A stretch of DNA of 64,000 bases from an uncultured bacterium (GCA_963843795.1 CAWJLW010000006.1:1364001-1428000); one strand, 5' to 3'. Counted from the stretch's first letter, positions 28,079 through 40,200 are shown. A program made the numbers and translations. The notes: generated by a model not told the origin, from the letters alone.

Positions 28079-29473
28079 ATGCAAACACTGACTATTATCG
28101 GCGGCGGCCTGGCCGGTTGCGAAGCCGCGTGGCAGGCCGCCAAAAGTGGCGTTCCCGTACGTTTATATGAAATGCGCCCGACGCGCTCGACAACCGTACA
28201 TCGCGGCGGAGATTTGGCTGAACTAGTTTGTTCCAATTCGCTCAAAAGCAACAATTTGGATAAAGCCTCCGGCTTGCTGAAAAGCGAAATGCGACGCTTC
28301 GATTCGCTGATTATCGGTTGCGCCGATCAATCATGCGTGCCCGCTGGCAGTGCCTTAGCGGTTGATCGCGCCAAGTTCTCGATGCTTATCGAAAGTCGGT
28401 TGGCTGCGTTGCCGAACTTGGAGATCGTGCGCGAGGAAGTGCCGGATTTGCCCGATACGCCGTGCATCGTGGCATCTGGCCCGCTGACTTCGCCTGCTTT
28501 GGCCGCGCAGCTCCAAAGCGTTTTGGGTAGCGAATTCTTCAACTTTTTCGATGCCGTCGCGCCGATTGTCGATGCCGATTCTCTCGATTACGACACGCTG
28601 TTTCTGGCTTCGCGCTACGACAAAGGTGAGGCGGCATATTGGAACAGCGCACTGGACGAAGCGGCTTACGACCGTTTCCGTGACGCGCTACTGAGCGCTG
28701 AACAGGCGACTTCGCATAACGAAGACGATGTGCCGTATTTCGAGAGTTGCATGCCGATAGAAGAAATGGCACAACGCGGACGTTTGACAATGCGCTACGG
28801 GCCGTTGCGCGGCGCGGGTTTGACCGATCCAAAAACCGGTCGCTGGCCCTTTGCGTGTGTGCAACTGCGGGCAGAAAATACGCCCGCCACGATGTACAAT
28901 CTGGTCGGATTTCAAACGCGCTTGAAGTGGCCCGAACAAACGCGCGTTTTGCGACTTTTACCGGGTTTACAAAACGTCGAAATCGTGCGATTCGGTGTGA
29001 TTCACAAAAATATTTTCATCAATTCGCCCGCCGTTTTGCGTCCGACTTTGCAATCGCAAGTGCGCGATAACTTGTGGTTCGCTGGCCAGTTAACCGGTGT
29101 CGAAGGTTATGTTGAAAGCGCGGCATGTGGCCTGATGGCGGGCCTCAATGCGGCGCGTTATTTGGGTGGAGAAGCGGGTCTGGTGTGGCCGCGCGATAGT
29201 TTAATGGGAGCCCTGACTCACTACATCACCAGCGCACCTGCCAGGCATTTTCAGCCAATGAATTCGAACTGGGCCTTATTGTCGCCGCTGGAGATCGCGC
29301 CGCGCTCCGATGGCAGAAAACGCAAAATTGCCAAAGACGACAAAGCGCGCCTGATGGTCGAGCGCGCGCAGAACGCGCTGGATCTCTGGCTGGAAGAATT
29401 CGATATCGAAGCCGCGCCCATCGCACGCGAAAGTGCAGCTGAAGCGGAAATCGCAAGCGCAGCAAGAGTCTAA
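28079..29473 (+). CDS. trmFO: Folate/FAD-dependent tRNA m5U54 methyltransferase TrmFO (Gid)
   Basis: IIGGGLAGCEAAWQ, AELVCSNS, FFDAVAP, GFQTRL, AGQLTGVEGYVES. Confidence 0.95.
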   Translation: MQTLTIIGGGLAGCEAAWQAAKSGVPVRLYEMRPTRSTTVHRGGDLAELVCSNSLKSNNLDKASGLLKSEMRRFDSLIIGCADQSCVPAGSALAVDRAKFSMLIESRLAALPNLEIVREEVPDLPDTPCIVASGPLTSPALAAQLQSVLGSEFFNFFDAVAPIVDADSLDYDTLFLASRYDKGEAAYWNSALDEAAYDRFRDALLSAEQATSHNEDDVPYFESCMPIEEMAQRGRLTMRYGPLRGAGLTDPKTGRWPFACVQLRAENTPATMYNLVGFQTRLKWPEQTRVLRLLPGLQNVEIVRFGVIHKNIFINSPAVLRPTLQSQVRDNLWFAGQLTGVEGYVESAACGLMAGLNAARYLGGEAGLVWPRDSLMGALTHYITSAPARHFQPMNSNWALLSPLEIAPRSDGRKRKIAKDDKARLMVERAQNALDLWLEEFDIEAAPIARESAAEAEIASAARV

Positions 29474-29493
29474 ACAACGCTGTTTAGGTCTTT

Positions 29494-29526
29494 AAACGCG
29501 GTGCAAGTACTTGCACCGCGTTTTTT
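29494..29526 (+). terminator. Terminator after trmFO built on the 12-mer
   Basis: AAACGCGGT-GCAAGTACTTGC-ACCGCGTTT followed by a T-tract. Confidence 0.8.
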
Positions 29527-29737
29527 GTGTTCTTGATTAGTAGTTTTGTGAAATATAATTATTATTGATAGAAAATTAAGTCAGAGAAAATTCTAAAGTG
29601 ATAAGAGTTAGCGGTCGACACGGTTTTACTCGATGTAAAGGAGGAAACAAATGAATTTATCAGCCAATCTCGGAAATTCGCCTTTCATCGACTTACTATC
29701 CCACTCCTGACTGCCCACATCGCAACTTGATTTACAT

Positions 29738-30417
29738 GTGCCCGGACAATCGCGCAATTCAGGAGTGGCCTCGTTAGCTAACGATGTGTTTCGCATCAGG
29801 GCGCTCGGAGTTTTGGCCAATGATCGCGGACGCATTGGCGTTACATTGTCGGCCAAATTAGCGCAAAATCCGCGCAATGGATGCATCCGTATGAACGCCA
29901 GTGGCAGTTTCGATTACCAGTTCAACAATGGTTTCGCCGGAACCGACGAATTCGCCTACACGCTCAGTGACGGCACTAACACTATCACCGCGCACGTACG
30001 CTTGATCGTTATCGACCGGCGCCCGCCGGAACTGCGCATCGACAAACCCGAACTGCGTTTCGACACGTCGGGCGATAGTGCGACAGTGCCTTTCGTGAAC
30101 GAAATTCGTGGTTGTGTGCGCAACCGTCAAAAGGCAATTTCTGGAAATACGAAGGCACTTTGCCCGTAAACGGCGCTGACAGCGCCAGCGATTTGCCCGA
30201 TGGCAAATCTGCGATGCGCGTGACAGCAGTCGGTAACGCGGGCAATACCAGTCGCCTCACGATTCAATTTGAAGTCCATAACGCTGCGCCCACAATACCC
30301 GATTTCTCCGCTGTGCGTTTGTCCTCAGCGGGCGCATCTGCCGAGCAGGGCGCGATCGTTTTGCGTTTCATCGGCGCTTTAGATGGGGCTTGGGCCACTG
30401 CCGCGATGCACTATTGA
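29738..30417 (+). pseudogene. Degenerate stand-alone copy of the C-terminal module of the two giant exported proteins
   Basis: GVLAND, GSFDY..NGFAGTDEFAYTLSDG, ELRFDT, WKYEG, VRLSSAGASAEQGAIVLRFIGAL; frame change near 30125, internal deletions, no signal peptide, truncated end. Confidence 0.85.
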
Positions 30418-30676
30418 CCGCAGCCTGAACTATAAAACGTGCTGAGCGCGTGGCAAGTACTTGCCGCTAATAATTGCCACGCTCGCTTAATTTTTATGAA
30501 GACACATAATATTTTTCAGATAAAAGAATCAATGTTAGAAGAATTGTAAAAGTAAATTTAGACAAAAAATATGTTGACTATTATTCACAAAAATTAGAAA
30601 AAATAGTTTATAATAGCTTCAAATCGCATTTGAATGAATTTGCGAGTTTTGTCACTATCTGCTGAGTGGAGGGCGT

Positions 30677-33600
30677 ATGTCTCGTATAACGGCAACTGTG
30701 CTTATTCGACGGATATTACTGAGTTTTGCTTTGGCCGGGCTGAGTTTGCTGTATGGCTTGTCGCCGGCGTGGGCGCAACAGACTGACGGGCCGGGCCTCA
30801 GTGCTTCAGTGCAAGCCCAAATCGCGGCATTGCAAGCGGAAAAAGTGGCGCGCACGCCCGCCCAGAAAAAGCTCGATTCTCAGTTGGTGTATGCGGTGAA
30901 AATCAACCGCAATCAGGCTATCGCGCAGGGCGTCACGCAGTTGCAGCCCAGCGTTCAGGAGGCCAATGGGCGCGCTTTGGTGGATATCAAATCCACTGTC
31001 AGCCCCGCGCTTCTGGCACTGATTGCCGACGCGGGCGGCACAATAGTTTCCAGCCACGCCAGCCTGCGCAGGATTCGCGCGTGGCTGCCTTTGGATGCGC
31101 TTGAAGCGATTGCCGGACGCGGCGATGTACAGTTCATTCGTCCCGCGGATATCGCGATGACTTCGCGCCTTTCTCCACGAAATCAAGGTTCCGATGACAG
31201 TGGTGGGATTGGTAGCGCAGATAAGCCGACGACGAACGCCGGTAGCGTGCTTTCTGAAGGCGACGCCGCGCACGCGGCGGCGCTGGCGCGCACGCAGTTT
31301 GGTGTCGATGGCACGGGCATTAAAGTTGGCGTGCTGTCGGATGGCGTGAATACTCTGGCGGCGTCGAAAAGTTCGGGCAATTTGCCCGCCGATGTGACGG
31401 TGCTACCGGGGCAGGCCGGTAATGGCGATGAAGGCACGGCGATGCTAGAAATCGTTCATGACATCGCGCCCGGCGCTCAGTTGTTTTTTGCCACCGGTTT
31501 CAATGGCGCGGCGACGATGGCTCAGAATATTCGCGCTTTGCGAACTGCTGGTTGCGACATTATCATCGACGACATCACGTACGGCTTCGATGACAATCCG
31601 TTTCAAGATGGCCTAATTTCACAGGCCGTCAACGATGTTTCGGCAGATGGCGCGCTTTTCTTTTCCTCGGCGGCCAACTCAGGCAACAAAAACGACGGCA
31701 CTTCGGGCACTTACGAAGGCGATTTTCTCGATGGCGGTGCCACGGCGGCTCCGATCAGCAGCGCGGGCAGGGTGCATGATTTCGGCGGCGCGACTTTCGA
31801 TTCCATCACCTTAGGCAGCAATGCTACCATTTTGTACTGGGCCGACCCGCTGGGCGGATCGAGCAACGACTATGATCTTTATTTGCTCAACGCTGCCGGA
31901 ACCTCGATTGTGCGCTCTTCGACCAACGTTCAGAACGGCACGCAAGACCCTTTGGAATCGTTCGGATCGACCGCTGCGGGCCAACGTTTGGTGGTCACGA
32001 AGTTCTCCGGCGCGGATCGATTTTTTCACATCGATACCTTGCGAGGTCGATTGAACATTAATACGCAGGGCAGCACGCGCGGTCACAACGCTTCGGGCGC
32101 GCCCAACGCTTTTAGCGTGGCGGCCACCGATGCGCAAGTTTCGGCTCCCAATGCGTTCAGTGGAGGCGCGACCAATCCCGTCGAATCTTTCAGTTCCGAT
32201 GGCCCGCGCCGCATCTTCTTCAATGCGACGGGCGCAGCCATCACGCCAGGCAATTTTTCTTCGACTGGCGGACAGGTATTGCAAAAACCTGATATCACTG
32301 CTGCCGATGGTGTGAGAACCGCGACCCCGGGATTCGAACGGTTTTTCGGGACTTCGGCAGCCGCGCCTCACGCAGGCGCGCTCTCAGCGCTGTTGATGCA
32401 ATTCAATTCTTCGCTTTCTCCAACGCAAATTCGTAATCTAATGCAAGGCACGGCGCTCGACATCGAAGACAACGGCGTTGATCGCGATTCGGGTTTCGGC
32501 ATCATCATGGCGAACCGCTTTTTGGCCAGCGCCGCCGGTGTCAGTCTGAATTTCAATTCCAGTGCGGTCGATGGCAGCGCGGGAAATGGTAACAGCACCA
32601 TCGATCCCAACGAGTGCAATCTGCTTCATGTTTCGCTGTTTGGTTCGATGAAAAACGGGCCGTTCACTAACATTACAGCCACGCTCAGCAGTTCCACCAG
32701 CGGTGTATTGATCGCGCAGCCCAATTCGGCTTATCCCGATATTCCCAGCTTGGGCACCGGCACCAATCTCACGCCGTTTCAGGTCAGCACCAGTTCAGCT
32801 TTTATGGCTGGTACACCAATTAATTTCACGCTGAATGTAACCTACGATGGCGGCTCGGATCGCATTCATTTTACGATGCAAACCGGCATTCTTCCCAATA
32901 GCTCGGTCAACGGAAATTTGGATAGCGGCGATGCCACGCAGACCGGACGTTTGAACCGTTTCAGTCCGGCGAGCAGTTGCGGCACCGTCAAAGCCAATCC
33001 CGGCTTATTCGCCACTACCGGCGCGCGCGCTTTCGATAGCTACACGTTTACCAACGGTGGCGGCGATGCTTGTGTCACCGTGTCGCTGAACAATCCTAAC
33101 GGCACCACCGCGTTTGCGGTGGCGTATGCGGGCAGCTTCAATCCGGCGAATCCTTCTGCCAATTATCTGGCCGATATGGGGAGTAGTGCTACCAATGCCA
33201 GTATGTCGTTCGATGTGGCGGCGGGACAAACTGTTGTTATCGTGGTTCACGCAGTCAACCCTGGCGATAGCGTTCCGGGTTACACGCTTACTGTGGGCGG
33301 TTTGATTTCCACCGCCGTGGGAGACGGCACTTGTTCTACACCTGGTTTTCTGGTCGTTACAACCAATGCCGATGAGGACGACGGCACCAGCGACCCGAAT
33401 GTCGGCAGTGGCACCAGCTTGCGCGAAGCGATCAACTTTGCCAACAGCGACCCCGACCCCAGCACGATTACCTTCGATATTCCCGGTTCCAGTCCGCATA
33501 CCATCGCGCTGCTCACCGCGCTGCCCGACCTCAGCACCGACATCCATTTTGATAACAGCGGCGCGGCTGCCGAAGCCATTACCATTGCGCGTTCGAGTGG

Positions 33601-36600
33601 CGCGCCGGGTTTCAATATCTTTACCCTTTTCAAGGATATGACCAGTGGCCCCACGGTTTCGATTTCCACACTTACCCTCAGCAATGGCAGCGGCAACGCT
33701 ACCAACCTTGGTGGTGGCGCCATCTTCAATGCCCTGGGCACGCTGATTATTAACAATTGCACCCTGTCGAACAATTCCGCTAATTTTGGCGGTGCCATCG
33801 CCAACAGTGGCGGCACGCTGCTCGTAACCAACAGCACATTTTCAAACAATCGCGCGCTGGGCACGAACGTCGTGCAAGATGGTGGCGGCGTGCTGGATAA
33901 TTATGGTAACGGCAGCGCCACCTTTGCTTCTTGCACTCTCACCGATAACTCCGCGCCCGATGTGGCCAGCGGCACGCGCGGCGGCTTGTGGATAGAAAAT
34001 GGCACGCTGACATTGAGCAACACCATCGTGTCTGGCAACGCCACGCAGGACATTCAACGCGACGGCGGCACTATCACCAGCGGGGGCTATAACCTTGTCG
34101 GAGTCAGCAACGCTGGCGCTTCATTCAGTGCGCCCGGCGACCAAACCTCTATCACCGATCCCAAACTCGGCCCGTTGCAAAACAATGGCGGTCCAACTTT
34201 CACGCACGCGCTGTTGGCGGGCAGTCCGGCTATCGACAAGGGAAAAACCTCGTTAACTCTCGATCAACGCGGGTTGACGCGACCTGTTGACGATCCCAAC
34301 ATCGCTCCCGCCACTGACGGCGATAACAACGACATCGGCGCGGTGGAATTACAAAGTATCACCAACGCCGCGCCGACCATTGCCAATCTGACGTTGAATA
34401 CCAAAGAAGACACCGCTTTCACTTTCGCAACCGGTAGTTTTGACGCCGGTTTCAGCGATCCCAATGGTGATACGCTGCAAGTGGTGCGCATCGTCTCGTT
34501 GCCTGCCAACGGTGCATTGACTTTGAATAGTGTCGCGGTGACCGCCAATCAAGAAATCGCGCGCGCCGATCTGGTCCATATGGTTTATGCGCCCAACGGC
34601 AATTTCAACGGCAGCGATAGTTTCAATTACAACGCTTCCGATGGAACACTTTTCGCTGTTAATAACGCCACCGTCACTCTGCAAGTACTTGCGGTCAACG
34701 ATGTGCCCTCATTTACGATTGGCGCCAACCAAACCGTTGATGAAGATAGCGGCCCGCAAGTACTTGCAGGCTTCCTCTCCAATATTTCGGCTGGCCCACC
34801 CGATGAAAACACGCAAACGCTGACTTTCAATCTCACCAATGATAACAACTCGCTGTTTGCCACTCAGCCCGCGGTCGCGCCCAATGGAACACTGAGTTAC
34901 ACGCCCGCCAGTAATGCAAATGGCGTGGCTCATGTGATCGTGATTTTGAAGGACAACGGCGGCACGGCGAACGGCGGCGTTGATAGCAGCGCGGGCCAAA
35001 TGTTCACCATTACAGTAAGCGCCGTCAACGACGCTCCAATTGCTAATGACCAAGCGCTCTCGACCTTTCAGGGTACGGCGCTAAACATCACACTCACCGC
35101 CAGCGACATTGACAACGACCCGCTCACGTTTACTGTGCAAAGCGGCCCCAGCAATGGCACGCTTTCCGGCAGCGCGCCGAACCTGACTTATACGCCACAG
35201 GCGAATTTTACCGGCGTGGATTCGTTTACTTTCAAAACCAACGACGGCAAAGTCGATAGCAACCTCGCAACAATCACGCTGCGAGTACTGGCCGCCAACA
35301 ATGCGCCCATTGCGCAGAATCAGAACCTGACCACAAATGAAGACACGCCCAAAGCAATTCTCTTGACGGCCAGCGATAGCGAAAACGACAGCCTGAGTTT
35401 CCGCGTCGTCTCGCCGCCGAAAAACGGCACGCTCAGCGGCAGCGTGCCGAACCTGACTTACACGCCCAATGCCGATTTCAATGGCAGCGACAGTTTTTCT
35501 TTTGTTGCCAATGACGGCAAAGCCGACAGCAACCTTGCGATAGTTACGCTGCAAGTACTTGCGACCAACGATGCGCCGGTGGCCCAAGGTCAAAAATTGC
35601 AGGCTGATAACAGCAAGCCGCTCGGCATCACGCTGAGTGCCAGCGATGCCGATAACGACGCGCTGACTTTCGGTGTTGGCAAAAATTTGCCCAACGATAG
35701 CAGCGAAGCGGGCAAAGGTTACGGACCGATTTACGGCACGCTCAGCGGCACGGCACCGAACCTGATTTACATCGCGCCCAAAGGATATGTGGGACGCGAT
35801 GTGTTCACTTTTTACGTTTCTGATGGCACGACGACTTCGCGACAAGCCAAAATCGAAATTCTGGTCGAAGGCGCGCGCGGCGTCAGCGCGGGCAATGACA
35901 GCTACGACTTGATTCTTGGCCCGCCCAATCAACAGCAAAAAACGGGTATCGCTCTGCTAAGTACGGGCGTGTTTCGCATCTCGGCTCCGGGCGTATTGGC
36001 CAACGATTTTCGTGGCGGCATCGACAAAGCGACGCCGAAATTGGCGACCGCGCTTAAAAACGGGCGCGTGCGTTTGAACGCCGACGGCAGCTTCGATTAT
36101 CTGCCCAGCAACGGCTTCGCGGGAACTGACGAATTCACTTACTCGCTAAGCGATGGCAGAACTTCCGCCACGGCGCGCGTGCGCTTGAACGTTCTCGACC
36201 GTCGCGCGCCCGAACTGCGCTTTGATACGCCAGCCAATGGTTCGGTTATCAAAACCATCGACGAAATTAAAGGCCGCGTGCGCGACCGCCAATCGGGCGT
36301 GCAATCGGTGACTTTGCTGTGGCGCCGCTTCGATGGCAAATTCTGGAACGGGAGCGCGTGGATTAATAAAGCCACGCCGCTGGTAGTCCAAACGGTCGGC
36401 ACGAATTGGAAATACGATGGCAATTTGCCCAAGCCGGGCGATAGTCTTGAAACCGATTTGCTCGATGGCAATTACGATTTGCAGGTGACAGCCGTTGACA
36501 AAAGTGGCAACAGCAGCCGCATCAACAATCTCGTTACCGTCGATAATCGCATCGCTCAAACGCCCGAATTTTCGAACGTGCGCTTGTCATCGGCAGGCGC

Positions 36601-36859
36601 ATCATCGGAGCAAAACACGATTGCACTGCGTTTCACCGGCGCGATGGACAATGTTGCAGCGCGCGACACGATGAATTACGCGATAGAGATTAACGGCATC
36701 GAAATCCAAATCGGTGCAGTTAGCTACGCGAGCAATATCATCACTTTGAGCGGCTTCGATTTGAGTGCGAATGATGAGATCGAACTGCGCATCGATGGTT
36801 TGCGCGATGTAATGGGTAAGCCATTAAACGGCGGAACTATTCGATTGGTTGCGCGCTAA
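30677..36859 (+). CDS. Giant exported protein (2060 aa): S8/S53-like peptidase, CSLREA-type motif with beta-helix, choice-of-anchor Q-like domain, Ig-like (Big_9/tandem-95) repeats, shared C-terminal module
   Basis: Signal peptide (..PAWA-QQ); GVLSDG, DEGTAMLEIVHDIAPGA, SSAANSG, KPDITAADG, GTSAAAPH; GTSLREAI; GPLQNNGGPTFTHALLAGSPAID..DQRG..DIGAVE; repeated YTP..F.G.DSF units. Confidence 0.88.
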   Translation: MSRITATVLIRRILLSFALAGLSLLYGLSPAWAQQTDGPGLSASVQAQIAALQAEKVARTPAQKKLDSQLVYAVKINRNQAIAQGVTQLQPSVQEANGRALVDIKSTVSPALLALIADAGGTIVSSHASLRRIRAWLPLDALEAIAGRGDVQFIRPADIAMTSRLSPRNQGSDDSGGIGSADKPTTNAGSVLSEGDAAHAAALARTQFGVDGTGIKVGVLSDGVNTLAASKSSGNLPADVTVLPGQAGNGDEGTAMLEIVHDIAPGAQLFFATGFNGAATMAQNIRALRTAGCDIIIDDITYGFDDNPFQDGLISQAVNDVSADGALFFSSAANSGNKNDGTSGTYEGDFLDGGATAAPISSAGRVHDFGGATFDSITLGSNATILYWADPLGGSSNDYDLYLLNAAGTSIVRSSTNVQNGTQDPLESFGSTAAGQRLVVTKFSGADRFFHIDTLRGRLNINTQGSTRGHNASGAPNAFSVAATDAQVSAPNAFSGGATNPVESFSSDGPRRIFFNATGAAITPGNFSSTGGQVLQKPDITAADGVRTATPGFERFFGTSAAAPHAGALSALLMQFNSSLSPTQIRNLMQGTALDIEDNGVDRDSGFGIIMANRFLASAAGVSLNFNSSAVDGSAGNGNSTIDPNECNLLHVSLFGSMKNGPFTNITATLSSSTSGVLIAQPNSAYPDIPSLGTGTNLTPFQVSTSSAFMAGTPINFTLNVTYDGGSDRIHFTMQTGILPNSSVNGNLDSGDATQTGRLNRFSPASSCGTVKANPGLFATTGARAFDSYTFTNGGGDACVTVSLNNPNGTTAFAVAYAGSFNPANPSANYLADMGSSATNASMSFDVAAGQTVVIVVHAVNPGDSVPGYTLTVGGLISTAVGDGTCSTPGFLVVTTNADEDDGTSDPNVGSGTSLREAINFANSDPDPSTITFDIPGSSPHTIALLTALPDLSTDIHFDNSGAAAEAITIARSSGAPGFNIFTLFKDMTSGPTVSISTLTLSNGSGNATNLGGGAIFNALGTLIINNCTLSNNSANFGGAIANSGGTLLVTNSTFSNNRALGTNVVQDGGGVLDNYGNGSATFASCTLTDNSAPDVASGTRGGLWIENGTLTLSNTIVSGNATQDIQRDGGTITSGGYNLVGVSNAGASFSAPGDQTSITDPKLGPLQNNGGPTFTHALLAGSPAIDKGKTSLTLDQRGLTRPVDDPNIAPATDGDNNDIGAVELQSITNAAPTIANLTLNTKEDTAFTFATGSFDAGFSDPNGDTLQVVRIVSLPANGALTLNSVAVTANQEIARADLVHMVYAPNGNFNGSDSFNYNASDGTLFAVNNATVTLQVLAVNDVPSFTIGANQTVDEDSGPQVLAGFLSNISAGPPDENTQTLTFNLTNDNNSLFATQPAVAPNGTLSYTPASNANGVAHVIVILKDNGGTANGGVDSSAGQMFTITVSAVNDAPIANDQALSTFQGTALNITLTASDIDNDPLTFTVQSGPSNGTLSGSAPNLTYTPQANFTGVDSFTFKTNDGKVDSNLATITLRVLAANNAPIAQNQNLTTNEDTPKAILLTASDSENDSLSFRVVSPPKNGTLSGSVPNLTYTPNADFNGSDSFSFVANDGKADSNLAIVTLQVLATNDAPVAQGQKLQADNSKPLGITLSASDADNDALTFGVGKNLPNDSSEAGKGYGPIYGTLSGTAPNLIYIAPKGYVGRDVFTFYVSDGTTTSRQAKIEILVEGARGVSAGNDSYDLILGPPNQQQKTGIALLSTGVFRISAPGVLANDFRGGIDKATPKLATALKNGRVRLNADGSFDYLPSNGFAGTDEFTYSLSDGRTSATARVRLNVLDRRAPELRFDTPANGSVIKTIDEIKGRVRDRQSGVQSVTLLWRRFDGKFWNGSAWINKATPLVVQTVGTNWKYDGNLPKPGDSLETDLLDGNYDLQVTAVDKSGNSSRINNLVTVDNRIAQTPEFSNVRLSSAGASSEQNTIALRFTGAMDNVAARDTMNYAIEINGIEIQIGAVSYASNIITLSGFDLSANDEIELRIDGLRDVMGKPLNGGTIRLVAR

Positions 36860-37209
36860 AGCGTTCTCGAAACACACGGCAAGTACTCTGCAGGTAGCAG
36901 TTCGGCCCGCAAGTACTTGCTCCACATTTAAGACACAAATTTCTCTGGAAAACAGTTCTTAGAAGAGATTATTTGTTCAAGATGCCTTTGAAATTCCGAA
37001 GAAAACTGAAAATCTCTTTTCCGGTGAATCACGTTAATGGGCACCGCTAAAAAGCGGCTTTGAGGAGGATTCTGTTTTGAGCTTATCCGATCAGTAACTT
37101 TAAGTGTCAAAAGACTGCTGTCAGTGGACATTTGCTGGGGCTACGTTTGGCGGAAAAGTTGGCCCTGAAGCCTTATGAACTTGAATGTTGACATGGGAGG
37201 CGAAAAAGT

Positions 37210-40200
37210 ATGTTTATGGAGAAAGCGCGCGGTGTTGACCGCGCAAAACCCGTTGGGCGAAACGTTTCAGCGCTGTGCTTTGCGGTGATAGGAGCTGCGA
37301 TTTTGGGGGCGCCAAGTGTGCACGCGGCGACTTTCACTGTCGCCAACAACAACGATAGCGGCGATGGCTCGCTGCGCGCTGCGGTCACGCAGGCTAACGC
37401 GACTGCGGGCGCTGATACGATTGGGTTCGCTTCGAGTGTCGGCAATCCGATTTTGTTGAAAAGTGCGCTGCCGACTTTGAGCGGTGCGCTGATCATCAGC
37501 GGGCCGGGCGTGAGAAATTTGAGTGTCGCGCGCGATAGCACGACGCAATTTCGGATTTTTACCACCGCGACGGACAGCACCGTGACGATTGCGGGCTTGA
37601 ATATCGTGGGCGGCGATGTCAGTGCTCTGGACAGCGAAGATAACTTGGTTGATTCGAGTTTGGGCGGCAATATCTTGAATTTGGGCACGCTAACGATTCG
37701 CGAATGTACGGTGTTTCGCGGCAAAGCTTCTTCGGGTGGCGGCGTTTTGAATAACGGCGGCACCTTGAATATCATTAGTTCGAGTATCACCGGCAACGAT
37801 AGCACCGCCGATGGCACCGGGGCTGGGGTGGCCAATGCCGGAACTTTGAACATCACCAACAGCAGCATCACCAACAACGATGCCGTGGATGATGGCGGTG
37901 GCATTTTTCATCTCACTGGCACGATGACAATTGAAAACTCGACAATCAGCGGCAACGAGTGTGTTTCCGGCGGCGGTGGGATTATTACCGGCGGCAGCGA
38001 TGCTCCGGCTTCTCAACTGGTGGCGCGCATTTCCAATAGCGTAATCAGCAACAACAAATCGTACAACAGCGCTGGCGGCATCGACATCAGCGATGGTAGC
38101 ATGACTATCACTAACACTACTTTCAGTGGCAACACGGCGGGCAGTACGGATGGTGTGAACCGTGGTTCGGGTGGCGCTATCTTTAACCGGCGCGCTACTT
38201 TGACAATTACCGGCAGCACCTTCAGCGCCAACAGCGCCAATAACGGCGGCGCCATCAGCAACAGCGTGGGCGCGTTGACCATCACCAACAGCACTTTCAG
38301 CGGCAACAGCGCCAATTCGGGCGCGGCGATTGGTGGCGGCGACGGGGCGATTACGATTGCCAGTTCGACGATCACTCTCAATAAATCGGGCGTCGGTGCC
38401 GGTATTTTTGGCAGAGCGCGCCTCAGCAATAGCATCGTATCCGGCAATGATGGCCCCGATGTGCAGGGCGCTTCCACCAGTGGCGGCTACAACCTGATTG
38501 GCAATGTCCGCGATGGCGCCACTTTTACCGCGACCGGTGACCGCACGGGCATCAGCGATCCTAAACTCGGCCCCTTGGCTGATAACGGTGGCCCGACTTT
38601 CACTCATCTGCCACAAGCCGGAAGTCCGGCGATTGATGCAGGCGATACGCCATTGACCGCCGATCAGCGCGGTCAGTCGCGGCCCAAAGGCACGCGCGAT
38701 GACATCGGCGCGGTCGAAAGCGGCGCGACGGCTTCGGGCTCGGTTCTCTCGATTGCTAATGCCGGCGCGGTTAAAGAAGGCAACATCGTCAGCGGCGTGG
38801 CGAAATTTGTCGTCACGTTGACGCCAGCGGCAACGGCTGAAGTGCGCGTGGGTTACCGCGCGCAGAACGGCACGGCGATTGAAGACCAAGATTTCGCCAA
38901 GATTCCGGCCAACGCGCAAATCGTGTTTGCTCCGGGCGAAACCAGCAAAACCATCGAAGTGCGTATCGTGGCCGACGACATCGTCGAACCCAATGAAACC
39001 TTTGCGATTCAACTCATCACACCGCAAAACGCCACCATCAACCCGCAGGCGGCGACCGGCACGGCAACTATTGTCGATGATGACACAGCGGCGCTGACCT
39101 TGAGCATTATCCCGGGCACTTTCAGCGAAGCTGCAGGCGCGACTGCCGCGCGCGGCGTCGTTTCGCGCAACAGTTCGACAACTGCTGCTCTGACGGTGAA
39201 TTTGAGCAGCAATAACACGGCGAAAGTCACTGTTCCCGCGACGGTAACAATTCCTGCCGGACAAACTTCGGCGAACTTCAATCTCAGCGCAGTCGATAAC
39301 ACGATTGTCGATGGCTCGAAAGTCGTCGCTATTGGCGCGACCAGCACTGGTTTTGAAGCGGCGAGCATTAATGTTACGGTGACGGATAATGATTCGACCA
39401 CGCCAACTCCAACTCCAACTTCGATTCCAACCCCGAACCAACCGCCGGTCGCGCAAAACCAGAGCATTTCGACCAAAGCGGGCATACCACGGGCGATTAC
39501 GCTTGGCGCGACTGATGCTAACAACGATGTGCTCACGTTCAGCCTCGTAACGCAACCCGCCAACGGCACACTTTCGGGCAACGGCGCGAATGTGACTTAC
39601 ACGCCCAAAGCTGGCTTTGCGGGAACCGATTCGTTCACCTTCAAGGCCAACGATGGCCAAGCCGATTCCAACATCGCTACGATTACGGTGCAAGTACTTG
39701 CAGACAGTCCGCCGCCAACAAATCAAAAAGTTCAAGCCGTCAATGACAGCTACAATTTGATTCTCGGACGCGGCGGCCAGGCCCAGAACGCTGGCGTGGC
39801 TTTGTGGAACGATGATATTTTTCGCATTGCAGCACGCGGCGTTTTGGCTAATGACCGCGCTTTGCCGGGCCGACGTTTATCGGCGCGTTTAACGCGCGGG
39901 CCGCAAAACGGTCGCCTGCAGTTCAACGCTGATGGCAGCTTCGATTATCAACCGAGCAGTGGCTTCGCTGGCACGGACGAGTTCAGTTATACGCTTAGCG
40001 ACGGACAAAACACCGATACTGCGCGCGTGCGCTTGATCATCTTGGATCGGCGCGCCCCGCAACTGCGCTTTGATACGCCGCGCGATAGCGCGACTGTAAG
40101 TGCAGTAAACGCGATTGATGGCCGCGTGCGCGACCGCGAGTCGGGTGTGAAAGCGGTGTCGGTTTTGTGGCGCCGCGAAGCCGATGGCGCGTTCTGGAAC

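Noticed and set aside
37690..39735. 681-aa antisense ORF and other long shadow ORFs (e.g. 35081-35938, 24125-24937, 60649-61443)
   Set aside because: They lie opposite well-supported genes and show no recognisable motifs; expected from codon bias
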